This document shows, piece after piece, positions 1-11,006 of a stretch of DNA of 64,000 bases. The stretch spans positions 18,030,754 through 18,094,753 of the forward strand of contig OZ316896.1 of NCBI GenBank assembly GCA_973895155.1, read 5' to 3'. The translations under genes and the position numbers were made by a program. Below the pieces are notes generated by a model that saw nothing but the letters and a program-made list of their open reading frames with translations, searched no databases and was not told the DNA's origin. The stretch's first letter is position 1. Each line of letters opens with the position of its first letter. Source of the DNA: Marsupella aquatica. Its lineage: Eukaryota > Plantae > Marchantiophyta.

Positions 1-1964
1 TGGCCAAAAGTCATTGTCTTCTCCAAAGCTATGGTCATTTCTTTACAGCCAAAAGTCGATTGTCCGCCCTGCAGTGTCGTTAGCTCCTGAAGGGTAAAAG
101 CTCCGAATCACTGTAGAGAGTAGCAGCAAACAAGGCGCTGCCAAAGCTTCCAGAGCACTGACCGTGGGGACTGGAGAAGGAGTAACTCCTGGACAGTAAA
201 AGTTCCAACGACTATAGAGCTGGCTGTAGAGAGTATTATTATTGCAGCAAACATGGCGCTGCCAAAGCTGCCAGAGTACCATACTACCATGGGGATACAG
301 GAGAGCCTGCCAGAATTGTGACGGCGGCAGGTTCCAATCCATTTGGAATGATTGAGTTCTCGAGCGCACTCGAGCTCTGTTCTGTAGAGTCTCCTCGCTT
401 TTACAGTCTCTTATTCATTATGAATGGCAAACACATTGCGGCGGGAGGGATCCAGCATTCCAGCAGTTATGACAGTCTACACTCTACAGTGCTTCGACTC
501 CGGCTTCTACTGTGGTTCACGCAATCAATCCATCAGCGATCAGAAGTTGAGCTGTGTGCACACAACCAGCTACTATGTCACAGGTCCAGTGACTTTGTTG
601 TGTGCTTCAGGTGGAACATGTACTAGGATCCATATGTGTGTGGGGAGCTCCTTTGGATATCTTTGCCCATTTGCCTTTTTGTTCTTTAACTTGCCAAACA
701 CATAAATTCAATGGAGGCAAAGAAATTGTGAGGCATATTATGAATTGTTGCAGTCATGTTGTCATCACGGCCATGTGGTTGTGGCGACCATGAGGTTGTT
801 TTGGCTACCCGGTTGTTGGGATCATGTTATCATTGCAGCCGTGTGTTGTTGGGTGTGCAAGTTGAGTGTGAAAATGAATTGAAAGATTTAATCAATATTC
901 CCAATCTTACTATAATAGTACAAACTAAAACCTACTCTTAAGGGCCAAGGTGTAAATCCCAATACAAACAAAAGCTATAATGAGTCTCAATAAGGACAAA
1001 ACATGAAATTAAGATGGACAAAAGTGACAATGACTGTAGATAAAGACAGAACTGAAATGAGGTTGGACAAATACCAGGATGGGGCAAAGATGAATGAAAA
1101 TAACATATAAATTTTATTGTGCAATGAATTTTTTTTTGGAATGGGTAATCGGGCTACAGTAGTGAATACACCATGTAGAGGAAGTTTAAATACAAGTGTG
1201 AGGTCATGTGTTTGAAAGTCCAATGCTTGTGCATTGCACGATGTTGTTGAGGTTATGTTATCGTTGGTGTGGCAAACGCATGCATGGCAGATAAGGTGAG
1301 GATTGTTATTATATTCATGTGATTCATGAGGTCATTTGGTGCAACTATACCCGGGGGTGCATTGCATAAATTTGTTGAGGTGAAGCAAAGAATTGCACAT
1401 GAGGCACAAAAATGTCGTCATTCTAACTAGTCATGAATCTGGGTGCAAAAATCTCATGTAGTTTTGATAATTTAACCATAAACCCTCCAGTAGTAAGGAT
1501 GATTCAAGGGGTAGTTCTGATACACCATAACCCCTAACGATAATTCAAGGGAGATGCAGGAATTGACAATGAGGGCCGCAGTGGAGTCATTTCACCCCAG
1601 TAGCGGCATGAGTCACCAGACTTGAGTCACGACTTCATGCCTCAGTTTTGGCCCAGATTCATTTCCTAAAGACACCTTTACGGTGCCACTCTTTCCAATT
1701 ATCTTAAGCTTTGTGTAAGATGATCATACATCCAGGTTGCGTTCAGGAACAGTTCCTTGCAACGTCCCCCTCTCCATCTCGTGGCTTTGTTACCACAAGT
1801 ACCTCGTCTGTTGTTTCTTTGAACTAGTGTTCCTTGCGTGAATTGACAGAGTTGAATAATGAAAGAACGTGATATACACATGAAGCTCGAACAGATTTCC
1901 AAATTTGGTGTAGCAATTGTTTAGCTCATCGGAGGAATTCCTTGAGTGGTGATATTCAAGGTCT

Positions 1965-2062
1965 TGCTTCCACGTTCCGAAGGTGCAGCTAGTAGATGTT
2001 AATCAAGCTGGAATGCTTCCACGTTCCGATGGTGCAGCTAGTAGATGTTAAGCAAGCTGGAA
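1965..2062. repeat. 49-bp tandem duplication (2 copies)
   Basis: TGCTTCCACGTTCCGA(A/T)GGTGCAGCTAGTAGATGTTAA(T/G)CAAGCTGGAA at 1965-2013 and 2014-2062. Confidence 0.9.
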
Positions 2063-4207
2063 ACGTGTCCAGTGTCATACCCTGTTTTGAGACTGGATAC
2101 GTTCCAGCTTGACTGCTTTTCAAGCACGCCGGTTGAAGCTACAGGAGACAAAATCCATTTTCAACAGGGATGAAGAGTCACTATGCCATCTGTCCCATGC
2201 AGACGCAATCAAGGAAGTCGTTACCAACAGATTGTATGAATTCGATAAAACGTCTGTTCGGACATTATCATCAGATGTAGTAGGATTAAAATGGCCTAAC
2301 GATTGCAGAGCAGGAAGAATGGGCGAGGCAGCGATGGGTTGTCCGGCCCGCGTTTTATCCGACAAGATCAACGGTAAGATTTATCAGTTCCCATCAGCTA
2401 AATTGCGTTAATTTGTTCAAAATGACAATGAAAGAAACAATACCTGCATGGAGTCCTGGCGTTGAATGTAGGTTCACCTTACATCGAATGTCTAACCCGT
2501 TCTGCCGAGAAATTTGTCGTACACATTGCATCATGGATGGCGATATGGCTACAGAGGCTGGACAGCCAGGTGGTAGACAAAGTAGGTGCGTTCGAAGTCA
2601 AGAAGATCCCCGAGCTCGAAGGACATTCTTGCTCGATATCTCTTCGGCAGCAGTTTCGTGAAAGGCAGAGAATGCTTCCAACACCAGGAGAACCAAAAAG
2701 AATCGATTGCTTGAACAAGGACTGACTTCGAAGCCTTCTCTGTTGGTATTTAGTCACAGTTCCCCATTCAATTCAAAAGCTTATGTACTCTCCTATCTAA
2801 GTCTGACCGATTGCACACACTTTATCTGATGTTGCTACAGACTAGACGGTGGGTCTTAAAGTTAATTATAAGGTGTATACCAACTTCAGAAGGATAAGCA
2901 AGGGGATAGAAGAAGTTGTAAGATGTTACCGAGAAGTCATCCAACGTCGACGGATTTCTATCGAATCAGGGAACTATGAATTATATGGGGACGACTTGCT
3001 CGGTCTTATTCTCGCCGACTGATACGGACGTCCTGGCTACAAATGGGCATCTACTGGGACTCTTCAACCAAGGACGAGCTGATCATCGATCAATGTAGCA
3101 GTTTCTCTATCACTGGCTCAGATCCGAACCTCACTGCACTCTCGTGGGCAACTGCTTCTTGGCCATTACACTGACTGGCAAGGCCGGATTCCGGCTGACG
3201 TACAGGAGGCGTGTCCTGGCGGATCATCGCCCCGCGGAGACATGCTGATGACACTGTGAGTGATCATCGCTGCTTTCAAAGCTAATGTTTATCATGAAAC
3301 GGAAACTTTAGACTCGACATAAACACAAGTCTTAGATCATCAGCTGATTCTCCTGTTCAATGATGCTCCATGGACTAGAGCTATCTTTGCACGATGAGCA
3401 GTGGCGGTATTGTAGTCAACTAACTTGGACCTGGGCCAGCAACGCACGATCAGTAGACGTAACTGAGCATCGATTTCGAAGTCACATTTGTCATCAACGC
3501 ATCATAAGTTATCAGTCTTCGAAATCACATAATGTGTCACACTATAATAAGGAAAGACATCAGGACACCATTCGACATTGAACATCGGAGCAGTAAGCAT
3601 CTAGTAATCAAATTTGCACAAAATGCCCCACACTTCTTCTTGGAGCTAGACGGTTTGCGCTCAAAACTTCCAAAATAATCAGAAACTCTTCTTCACAAGG
3701 CAAGTCTACTGCATGAAAAGCTGAAGGGAAAACGAAGAAAGAAAAACTTTGCGCAAGCATGGATGGCAGTACCCTGTCCAACACAGAGAACAAACTCGAG
3801 CCAAAGCAACGTTTGGTCGAAAATCACGATGCAAGGTGAAGCCCATAAGCATCATCGTTCACCTCTATCATGTTTGATTTGTTGCAGCAGGGTTGTGTGT
3901 AAGGTGAAGGCCTCCCGTCAGGGTATGTCCAAATAAAATGCCCCAGGGTTTTTATTTGGACAATTCCGTGATGGGGAGAACTCTAACTTGCTTTGAATCC
4001 TGACCAAAACTTTCTGAATTTTAGTGTCAAGTCGAGCAGAGAATGGACCTTGCAGGTTGTTGAGTGCAGTCTCTCTCTGCCCAGAGGATTCTGCTCCCGA
4101 TTCTGCTCTCAGTCCCACTCTCTTCCGACGGTTTATAAATTAGAAAGGTCTTCCAATCTACAAACAAAATTTCCAGCCAGGGCAGGCATAATTGGGCTAT
4201 GTCTCAG

Positions 4208-4341
4208 CCCAATCAAAGTGAGGGAATCAATGGGAGGCACCTCATCTGACTATGACATAGCGAGCATAAGCTACTTTCAACCCAATCAAGTGAAGGAATC
4301 AATGGGAGACACCTCATCTTACCATTACATAGCGAGCATAA
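4208..4341. repeat. ~61-bp direct repeat pair
   Basis: CCCAATCAA..GTGA.GGAATCAATGGGAG.CACCTCATCT.AC.AT.ACATAGCGAGCATAA at ~4208-4269 and ~4281-4341. Confidence 0.8.
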
Positions 4342-4440
4342 CTAAGCAAGGACTACCCTAACTCCAAATATGCACAAAACTAACTAGAAAATGAAGACAA
4401 ACCTGGACTCTAAATAAGGACAAAGTGAGGGTGACCAAGC

Positions 4441-4611
4441 GGGGCAAATGTAAACGAGAGATAACAGAGATTTTTTTTTTGTCTTCATTTCTATTTAAGG
4501 GGCAAGTGTAAACGAGAGATAGCAGAGATTTTTTTTTTCTTCATTTCTATTTAAGGGGCAAATGTAAACGAGAGATAGCAGAGAATTTTTTTTGTCTTCA
4601 TTTCTATTTAA
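4441..4611. repeat. ~57-bp tandem repeat, 3 copies, each ending in TTAA
   Basis: GGGGCAA(A/G)TGTAAACGAGAGATA(A/G)CAGAGA-T(n)-(G)TCTTCATTTCTATTTAA x3; the last TTAA is the left target site of the adjacent transposon. Confidence 0.9.
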
Positions 4612-4634
4612 ACCACAGCTGCCAGTATAAGAGG
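4612..4634 (+). repeat. left terminal inverted repeat
   Basis: ACCACAGCTGCCAGTATAAGAGG directly after TTAA; overlaps the perfect palindrome GGCTACGGGT-T-ACCCGTAGCC (4633-4653). Confidence 0.9.
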
Positions 4635-5089
4635 CTACGGGTTACCCGTAGCCCCTCATTATACACAGAACAAAGTAGTGATACGCGAGTAATGTACGGA
4701 GAAGCAAGGCACACGGGCAGGATTGCCCTCGGGCAGCCCGGCTAGACAGTCGCGACTGCCAGGCCGGCTTACCGGGTCACTACATTTTGAAACTTGTTTA
4801 TTAGCAGTTGGTGCCGACACTTCAGGCATGACGTTGAGATGTTCCATTGGTAGTGTTGTTCCTTGCCAATGAGGAGGTCGTGTGTTCAAACATCTCCCCT
4901 TTTGACCCTACACATGGCAGGAAAGAAGATGGGCTCTTAGAATAGCCCTAGGCCGACAGAGGGCAGGTTGGGGATGATGAGCCATAGCAGCCACACATGG
5001 CGGACAGAGGGCCGAGGCAATTTAGGGCGACGCAGGCCTATTGAGGATCTGCTTCATGTTCATATACGCTTTTGTTTATATTCATACTT

Positions 5090-5453
5090 GAACAGCCTGG
5101 ATGGCTCTACTGGTTACACACTCTCACTTGCACCCAGGAGGTCCAGGGATCAAACCTCGCCGGAGGACATGCCTGGCCTTTTGATGAACTCTAAGTATGG
5201 GGGCGGGGTGCAGTTTCGCAGCGCCTGGAAGGAAAGAGCGGCGAGGTAGGGGAGGGCAGTTGGAGACGACGAGTATTACCTGGACACATGGCGAGCGGAG
5301 TGCCGAGGCTACCCGCTCCTAATGAAGGACTTATGAATCAGATCCTATTCAAATATTATTTCATGTGCACTAATGATCGAACAGCCTGGGCGGCTCTATT
5401 GGTTATGTCACTCACTCGCAGCCGGGAGGGCCTGGGATCAAACTTTGTCGGCG
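5090..5453 (+). repeat. two diverged tRNA/SINE-head-like copies inside the transposon left arm
   Basis: AACAGCCTGG..GGCTCTA(C/T)TGGTTA...GGGATCAAAC at ~5090-5165 and ~5379-5453, with A-box-like and B-box-like motifs at tRNA-like spacing; shared GAAGGAAAGAGCGGCGAGGT downstream (5228, 5544). Confidence 0.5.
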
Positions 5454-6825
5454 CCGTAGAACAAGCGCTGTTGCTTTTGCAAATTGTGGCGTTGATGAAG
5501 ATGAAGGCGGCAAGCTAGAGGAGGGGCTCGTCGTCGCAGCCCCGAAGGAAAGAGCGGCGAGGTGAGGAGGTGAGGAGGTGTGAAGTAGAGGCGGTACGGT
5601 GCGAGAGCCGAACGGAGGCGCGGGAGTCAAACGGAGGTGCAAGAGTCTGTGCTTTTCAATTGCTTTTTACTGTACATGTTTCACTATAGATGTCCCGGTA
5701 TATGTACTCGTAAGAGGGAGGCTAGGGGAGTAGCGGAAGCTTTCTACAATCTGTGTTTTTCCAAAAAATATGTGCACACTAGTTCATTAGAAGGAAGGGA
5801 GTAGCCGCTACTTTTGACAAATGATATGTATGTTTACAAAGAATGTGTGCTCGGTGTATGAAAGGAGAGCTTAGACAAAGCATTGTGAGGAGCCCATAAA
5901 ATGAAGAGAAGAGTACTTGGCCATGAGCTGAACCATGCATAATTAGTTCGTGGACCCCCACCTGTTTTTATTCGATTAGTGGACTACTACGTTGAGCTTC
6001 AGTGATCTGCTAGAGTAGTTGAGGTTGATCAGTCCTTATCGATCTTGTCAATGTCCTTATCGATTCTCGTTGCTTCTCCTTCTTTCTGCTCGATCTATTT
6101 GTTTCTGATTAAGATGTGCTGCGCCTCTTTTCTGTCCTCGATCAGTTCTCATTTTTCCTTTCTTCATTCGGCTTCTGATCTTTTTTTATTTTGTTTCTCC
6201 AACATTCCTCTTTACTTTGCACTTCAAGAGGCGAAACTCCTTTCGAGCTTTCCTCTTTTCATTACTTTCATCAAAAGCCTTCCTCCCTTTCAAAATGTTG
6301 ATGTGCTTCTTTTGTTCTGACGATTTTATTTCGGCAGTTACACAGGAATACGGTTACTATTTACGTTGAACACTATTTACTTTTATAAAAAAACATTTAT
6401 AAATTTAAGTAAAGAGAATATGGGTGAATGTTTTTAATCTCGCCCTTTGTATCAATAGATTTGGATAAACTTTTAATTACTTTTACATTATGTTTTGACG
6501 GCATGGCGTCCATAAAATTACATGAAAAGCGACGTAAACAAGATGGAGAGGAGTTTTTTCTTTGCGCAAACATGACCATTCTTGTTTGTTGCGGTTGTTG
6601 CTGATGTGGCACGCTGTGGTGCCAGGAATTTTGGAAGGAACCTCTAGTGGGGTCCGTAAAGAGGCATAAATCCACCTTGTACATTATTACCACTATGTGG
6701 TCATTGTTGTTAATTTGTTATCTGTTTTAAAATAATATTTTGCTAGTACTTCTAAGTGTTTGCCATTCAACTTTTTTCCAGCTGATGATTTAAGTCAAAT
6801 GCGGTAGAGACTATATTTTTTCACC

Positions 6826-9770
6826 ATGAGTACAGAGGATGACCCACGTCATCATCCCTCACACCAGCGGAAGCGCCCTCCTCAACGTGGTGGCCCTCCG
6901 AGAAAAAAGTACCCTAGTGATGACATAGACTATAAAAGGGTTCGGAGACCGAATGCAAGGCCTGCAATCCGAGTCCCTCTTCACTTGTGGAATGAATGGG
7001 AGGAATTGAGAGTCTTACTTGGTGATGAACATACTACGCACTCAACTGTCATTGAGTGGTTGTTTCATGAAGTGCGAGACAAGGTTGAGCATTTGAGGAG
7101 ATGGCAAGTAGCGCAAGACGCTAGAATGCTACAAGATGAACTTGCATCAGCAACCGACATTGGAGCTTCGTCGAGTTTTATGAATCCTAGCAGCAGTCAG
7201 GGCCAGCTTACAGATTTACGTGATGTATGTTTGTAAATAATTATGTTATCTCTTCTACATTATTTTTGTATTTCTTCAACGTAAAAAGAAATTTATTTCT
7301 ATGTGTTACATAATTTTTTCTTTGTTTTACATAAGTCCTATTTTATTTCTATGTTTTACAAAGTCCTATTGTTTTACATAAGTCCTATTCTATTTCTATG
7401 TGTTACATAATTTATTTCTATGTTTTACATAAGTCCTATTTATTTCTATGTTTTACATAATTTTTCTTTAGGGTTGTTGATGTGGACTTTTGCAAGTCCT
7501 ATTTTCCAAAACCATAACCAGTCCATAATGTTGTTACATCTTTGGTTATTTTTTACAGAGTCAACAGTCTGTAACACGTGATGCACTGACGGAAGAGCAA
7601 GAGGAATTGCAGGAGCATATTGTTGAGCAATACCCATCAGATGCAGAGGATGAAGCCATGTTTCGAGATGAAGACACAACGGTTCTTCATGCTTTAGGAG
7701 CTCCTAATCACGAGGAGGTTGTTGAGGAGGTGCAACAGTTTACATTCCTTACACATTAAGTTTTTCCAACCATACTCTGTTTTTACACATGTGACACTTT
7801 GTGTCTTATTTGCATTCCTTTTAATAATATAAATATTTGTATTGAATTAGGAGGTGGTAAACTTGGATTCCCAATCACCGGAACAATCTGCCTTGCAACC
7901 ATCCTTAGTCCCAAACTCGCAATCAAAACCAGCTACCTTTGACCCACCCGTTACACGTAGGTCTCCACTTCGTCGACCGGCTACAGTAGCATTTTTTGAA
8001 CGACAATTAGTTCATACTTTTGTTCAGAGACTACTTCCTACGTGTCATATACCTGGATGTGCATTGACTCCTACAGTGGAGCGTATTGGTGAGTTGCAAC
8101 AAGTTTGGTCTATTAGGATCAGTTGTGGGCAACATGGACATGGGTGGACATTTGTCACTGGTGAGAATGAGTCTGGAAGGAATTCCCCATTGATTACTCC
8201 TATGCTGTATCATTCCACTCTATGGGCTGGTCTTACATTTACAGCTCTAGCCGCATTGACATCGCATTTAGGTTTGCATGTTCCTTCTGCAACCCATTGG
8301 CATGATTTTCAAAGTGGAAGACGACGACCTCAAGTAGGATGGATAGATGTTGTAAAGCAGCAATGGGAGGTAAACAAAAGCAAGGTGTGGGAGGATGTAA
8401 AAACCCGACTTGAGCAGCAACGTGCAGTACATGAAGGTTTTCAAATTAAACTACTAATTTAAGTTATTATATGTATAACCTAGTTGAGTTTTTTAAGTTT
8501 TGTACCGCAAAATCGTGTTTTTTATCGTCATTACAAAGGTTTTGATCAAACATGAAAGACATGTATGCATTATACTATGATTGAATGATTTTTGAGAATA
8601 ACTTTTTCCAAGCATAATATATTCTTGGTTTTCTTGCAGATCCTGGGCTAGTTGTGTATCTAGATTGTCGTTGGGATTCTTCTCGAAGTGGGTATCATGG
8701 TACTTCCTCTATCATTGATAGTTACGATAATAGGGTTCTTGAGATGACCACTGTGAGCAGAAGGGAAGAGAATAATTCTTGGTACATGGAGGAAATAGGA
8801 GCAAGAAGGGTACTAGATACTCTTACGGACGCAGGAGTGGTCATTGCAGAGGTTATCCATGATGATAAAAGTACCATTGATAGAATTATTGAGGACATGG
8901 GATTTACAAACCAGAAGGATTTATGGCACAAGGCAAAAAATCTGGTAAGGAAATTTGTGGACAAGTTGTCAAGTGTCACATTTACCCTTACCATTGACAT
9001 AGACACTGTGACATCTCGTTCTAATTTGCAAGCCGTTACAATTAAAAAACTGAAAGACTGGTTGAAGAATCGGGGTATTAGAGGCTACTCTAACCTGAGG
9101 AAGGAGGAGTTAGTCCATCGAGTTGCTGATTTGCTTGGGTTGCCTGAGGGGGACCTTGTACATATTGCTACGCGTGGTCTCAAGTTTCCAGAGTTAACGG
9201 AGCACAATTTGGCAAGCAAATTTAAGACCTGGTTCTATGTGTGTTCCCGAACATGTAAAAACAGGTATGCCAATACTAAAGTCTTGCATATTTCTTGTAA
9301 TGCTAGCTTCATAAATATTTGGTACATGAAGTTCAATATGTACTTTGTTTATATTTATTTCTCACTACTTTGCAATGCAGGGGTGGAGATAGTGAATCCC
9401 TAGCTTTTGAGTTAGGAAATTGCGTAGATCATTGGGCTGGTGATCACGAAAGGTGCATGACACTATCTGATCGCCCTTGTCAGCATCTTGGAGAACCTAA
9501 TGCATTACCGCTGGACTTGTACTATGAGAGAGGTAACTTATACACTTCATCATGAGTATTCATGAATTTTTAGAAAAAGTGTTATTTTGGATGTTGGATG
9601 ATATAGTAATTAGGATTTAACTAACCCTTTTTGTTGTTGGAAATGCAGGTGGGGAAACTCATAAGGCCATGAAAGCTTTTATGGCCAAGTACATAAGGCC
9701 AGAAAAAATGCGCTTTTATACCATGGCCCGTGAGAACTTCATGTCCCTAAACCAAATACCCTATTCTTAA
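6826..9770 (+). CDS. Kolobok-type DDE transposase (6 exons, ~684 aa), C-terminally truncated and probably inactive
   Basis: GT-AG exons 6826-7224, 7559-7729, 7851-8436, 8640-9264, 9381-9532, 9649-9770 join in one frame (2055 nt). Motifs: C-x4-C...C-x4-H zinc ribbon (TCHIPGC...ISCGQHGH), YLDCRWDS (first D), VIHDD (second D), QKDLWHKAK (DxxH), HWAGDHERC; ends RENFMS-LNQIPYS* without the E-x-F-H catalytic segment. Confidence 0.8.
7290..7465. repeat. AT-rich degenerate minisatellite in transposase intron 1
   Basis: repeated ATTTCTATGT(G/T)TTACATAA(GTCCTATT) units. Confidence 0.75.
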
Positions 9771-10417
9771 ATTATGTTCACAATTAGTCTAATTGTTCTA
9801 TGAATTGATTGCATAATGTTATCATTGGAGAGGGTTGTTTCTTTGAAGAGATCAAGCTACGACCTATGAGCATTTTACTTCCATATATTATAGAGCGGGT
9901 TATAGAGGCACTTTGGTATTTTAAGTGTTGAGGATGTAAAACATTATATACATTATTTATTATTGATTTATTTTCTTGTGTCATGTATGAGTTACAATAC
10001 ATTGGTGCAACTTTTGTCTCATTCTCTAAAATGTTTTTTATGTTTTGTAGAATTGGTTTGTTATTTGATTATAATCATTTTGGACCTAGATATTGTGTTT
10101 AGTATAACCAGGGTACTGTATATAAAGTATTAATTTGTGACCCTGCAATTTGGTAAACCATCAACCCATACACAAAATTGAACATTTGATAACGTGACAC
10201 AAATCTTCTATGGAGAAATGAAACACAATGTCATATCATAATAACACAAACTATGTATGCTTATTATCCTAGTTTGGAAAACCAACATTTTTTTTGGAGA
10301 AGACTTCTATTTTGGTAAAAGGGGGTGTACTGCCAAACTGAAATGGATGATAAAATTTTATAGAAAACATTTATAAAAGAATACCCACAACATAGATACA
10401 ATCCACAATTGAAAATA

Positions 10418-10944
10418 AAATAACTCCCAAGGGGGGGTTTGAATCCCTTTTGTTGCCCACCCAACACGAGTTCAAACACATATTACATCTCAATATAAAC
10501 CCAACTCCTAAATATGAAAAACAAAGTATTGACCATGCATGCTACTCGCCAAGTCTCTTCTGGGTGGCATGTATGGCAGACGAGATGGCAGATGTAAGAT
10601 TCTCTGGAAAGGTCGTAGTTTTCAAGAAGTTAGCAGTTGCTGCCAATTTCTCATAAACAACATCCCATTGACACTTCCCCGTTACTAGACATGCTTTGTT
10701 TAGAATAACAAGTGACCAATCTTACGCATACATGGCCTTTGGTTCTTACTTGACCCATACATGGGGCATAGTTTAGGGTGGCTCATAGTTGGCCCATACC
10801 GTGCCCATACTTTTGACATGGAAAAGGAAAAATGCTTATTATATTTAGGGACCAGAAGAGGTGAGTGAATTTTTTTATCACATGTATGACCAAATTACTC
10901 CCAAGGGGATTTGAACCCCTTGTGCTGCCGACCAGCGAGAGTTC
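10418..10944. repeat. ~55-bp direct repeat pair (10418-10473, 10892-10944) with a B-box-like core on the minus strand
   Basis: AAAT(A/T)ACTCCCAAGGGG..TTTGAA(T/C)CCCTT.TG.TGCC.ACC...GAGTTC in both copies. Confidence 0.75.
10542..10721 (-). pseudogene. second, diverged KolX-like C-terminal reading frame (59 codons, no ATG; possible exon or relic)
   Basis: stop-to-stop frame DWSLVILNKACLVTGKCQWDVVYEKLAATANFLKTTTFPENLTSAISSAIHATQKRLGE*; VYEKLAATANFLKTTTFPE aligns ungapped with VYTHLAWVCGYAERTKFPD of the neighbouring ORF; both are followed by the same ~55-bp repeat. Confidence 0.45.
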
Positions 10945-11006
10945 CATCCCAAGTAAGGGATTTTATTTAGATTATAAGAATGCAAAGGACATTACAAGAT
11001 AAAATA

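Noticed and set aside
3916-4437. Solo LTR
   Set aside because: The ends only loosely resemble TGTCA...TGACA, and no TSD, PBS or PPT could be identified.
5090-5165. Functional tRNA gene
   Set aside because: A/B-box-like motifs are present, but I could not fold a convincing cloverleaf with acceptor and anticodon stems.
6826-9770. Ordinary plant Mutator (MuDR) or piggyBac transposase
   Set aside because: MULEs have 8-11-bp TSDs and usually long TIRs. piggyBac shares TTAA but has a DDD core, CC termini and a C-terminal Cys-rich domain. The motifs and the convergent KolX-like gene fit Kolobok better.
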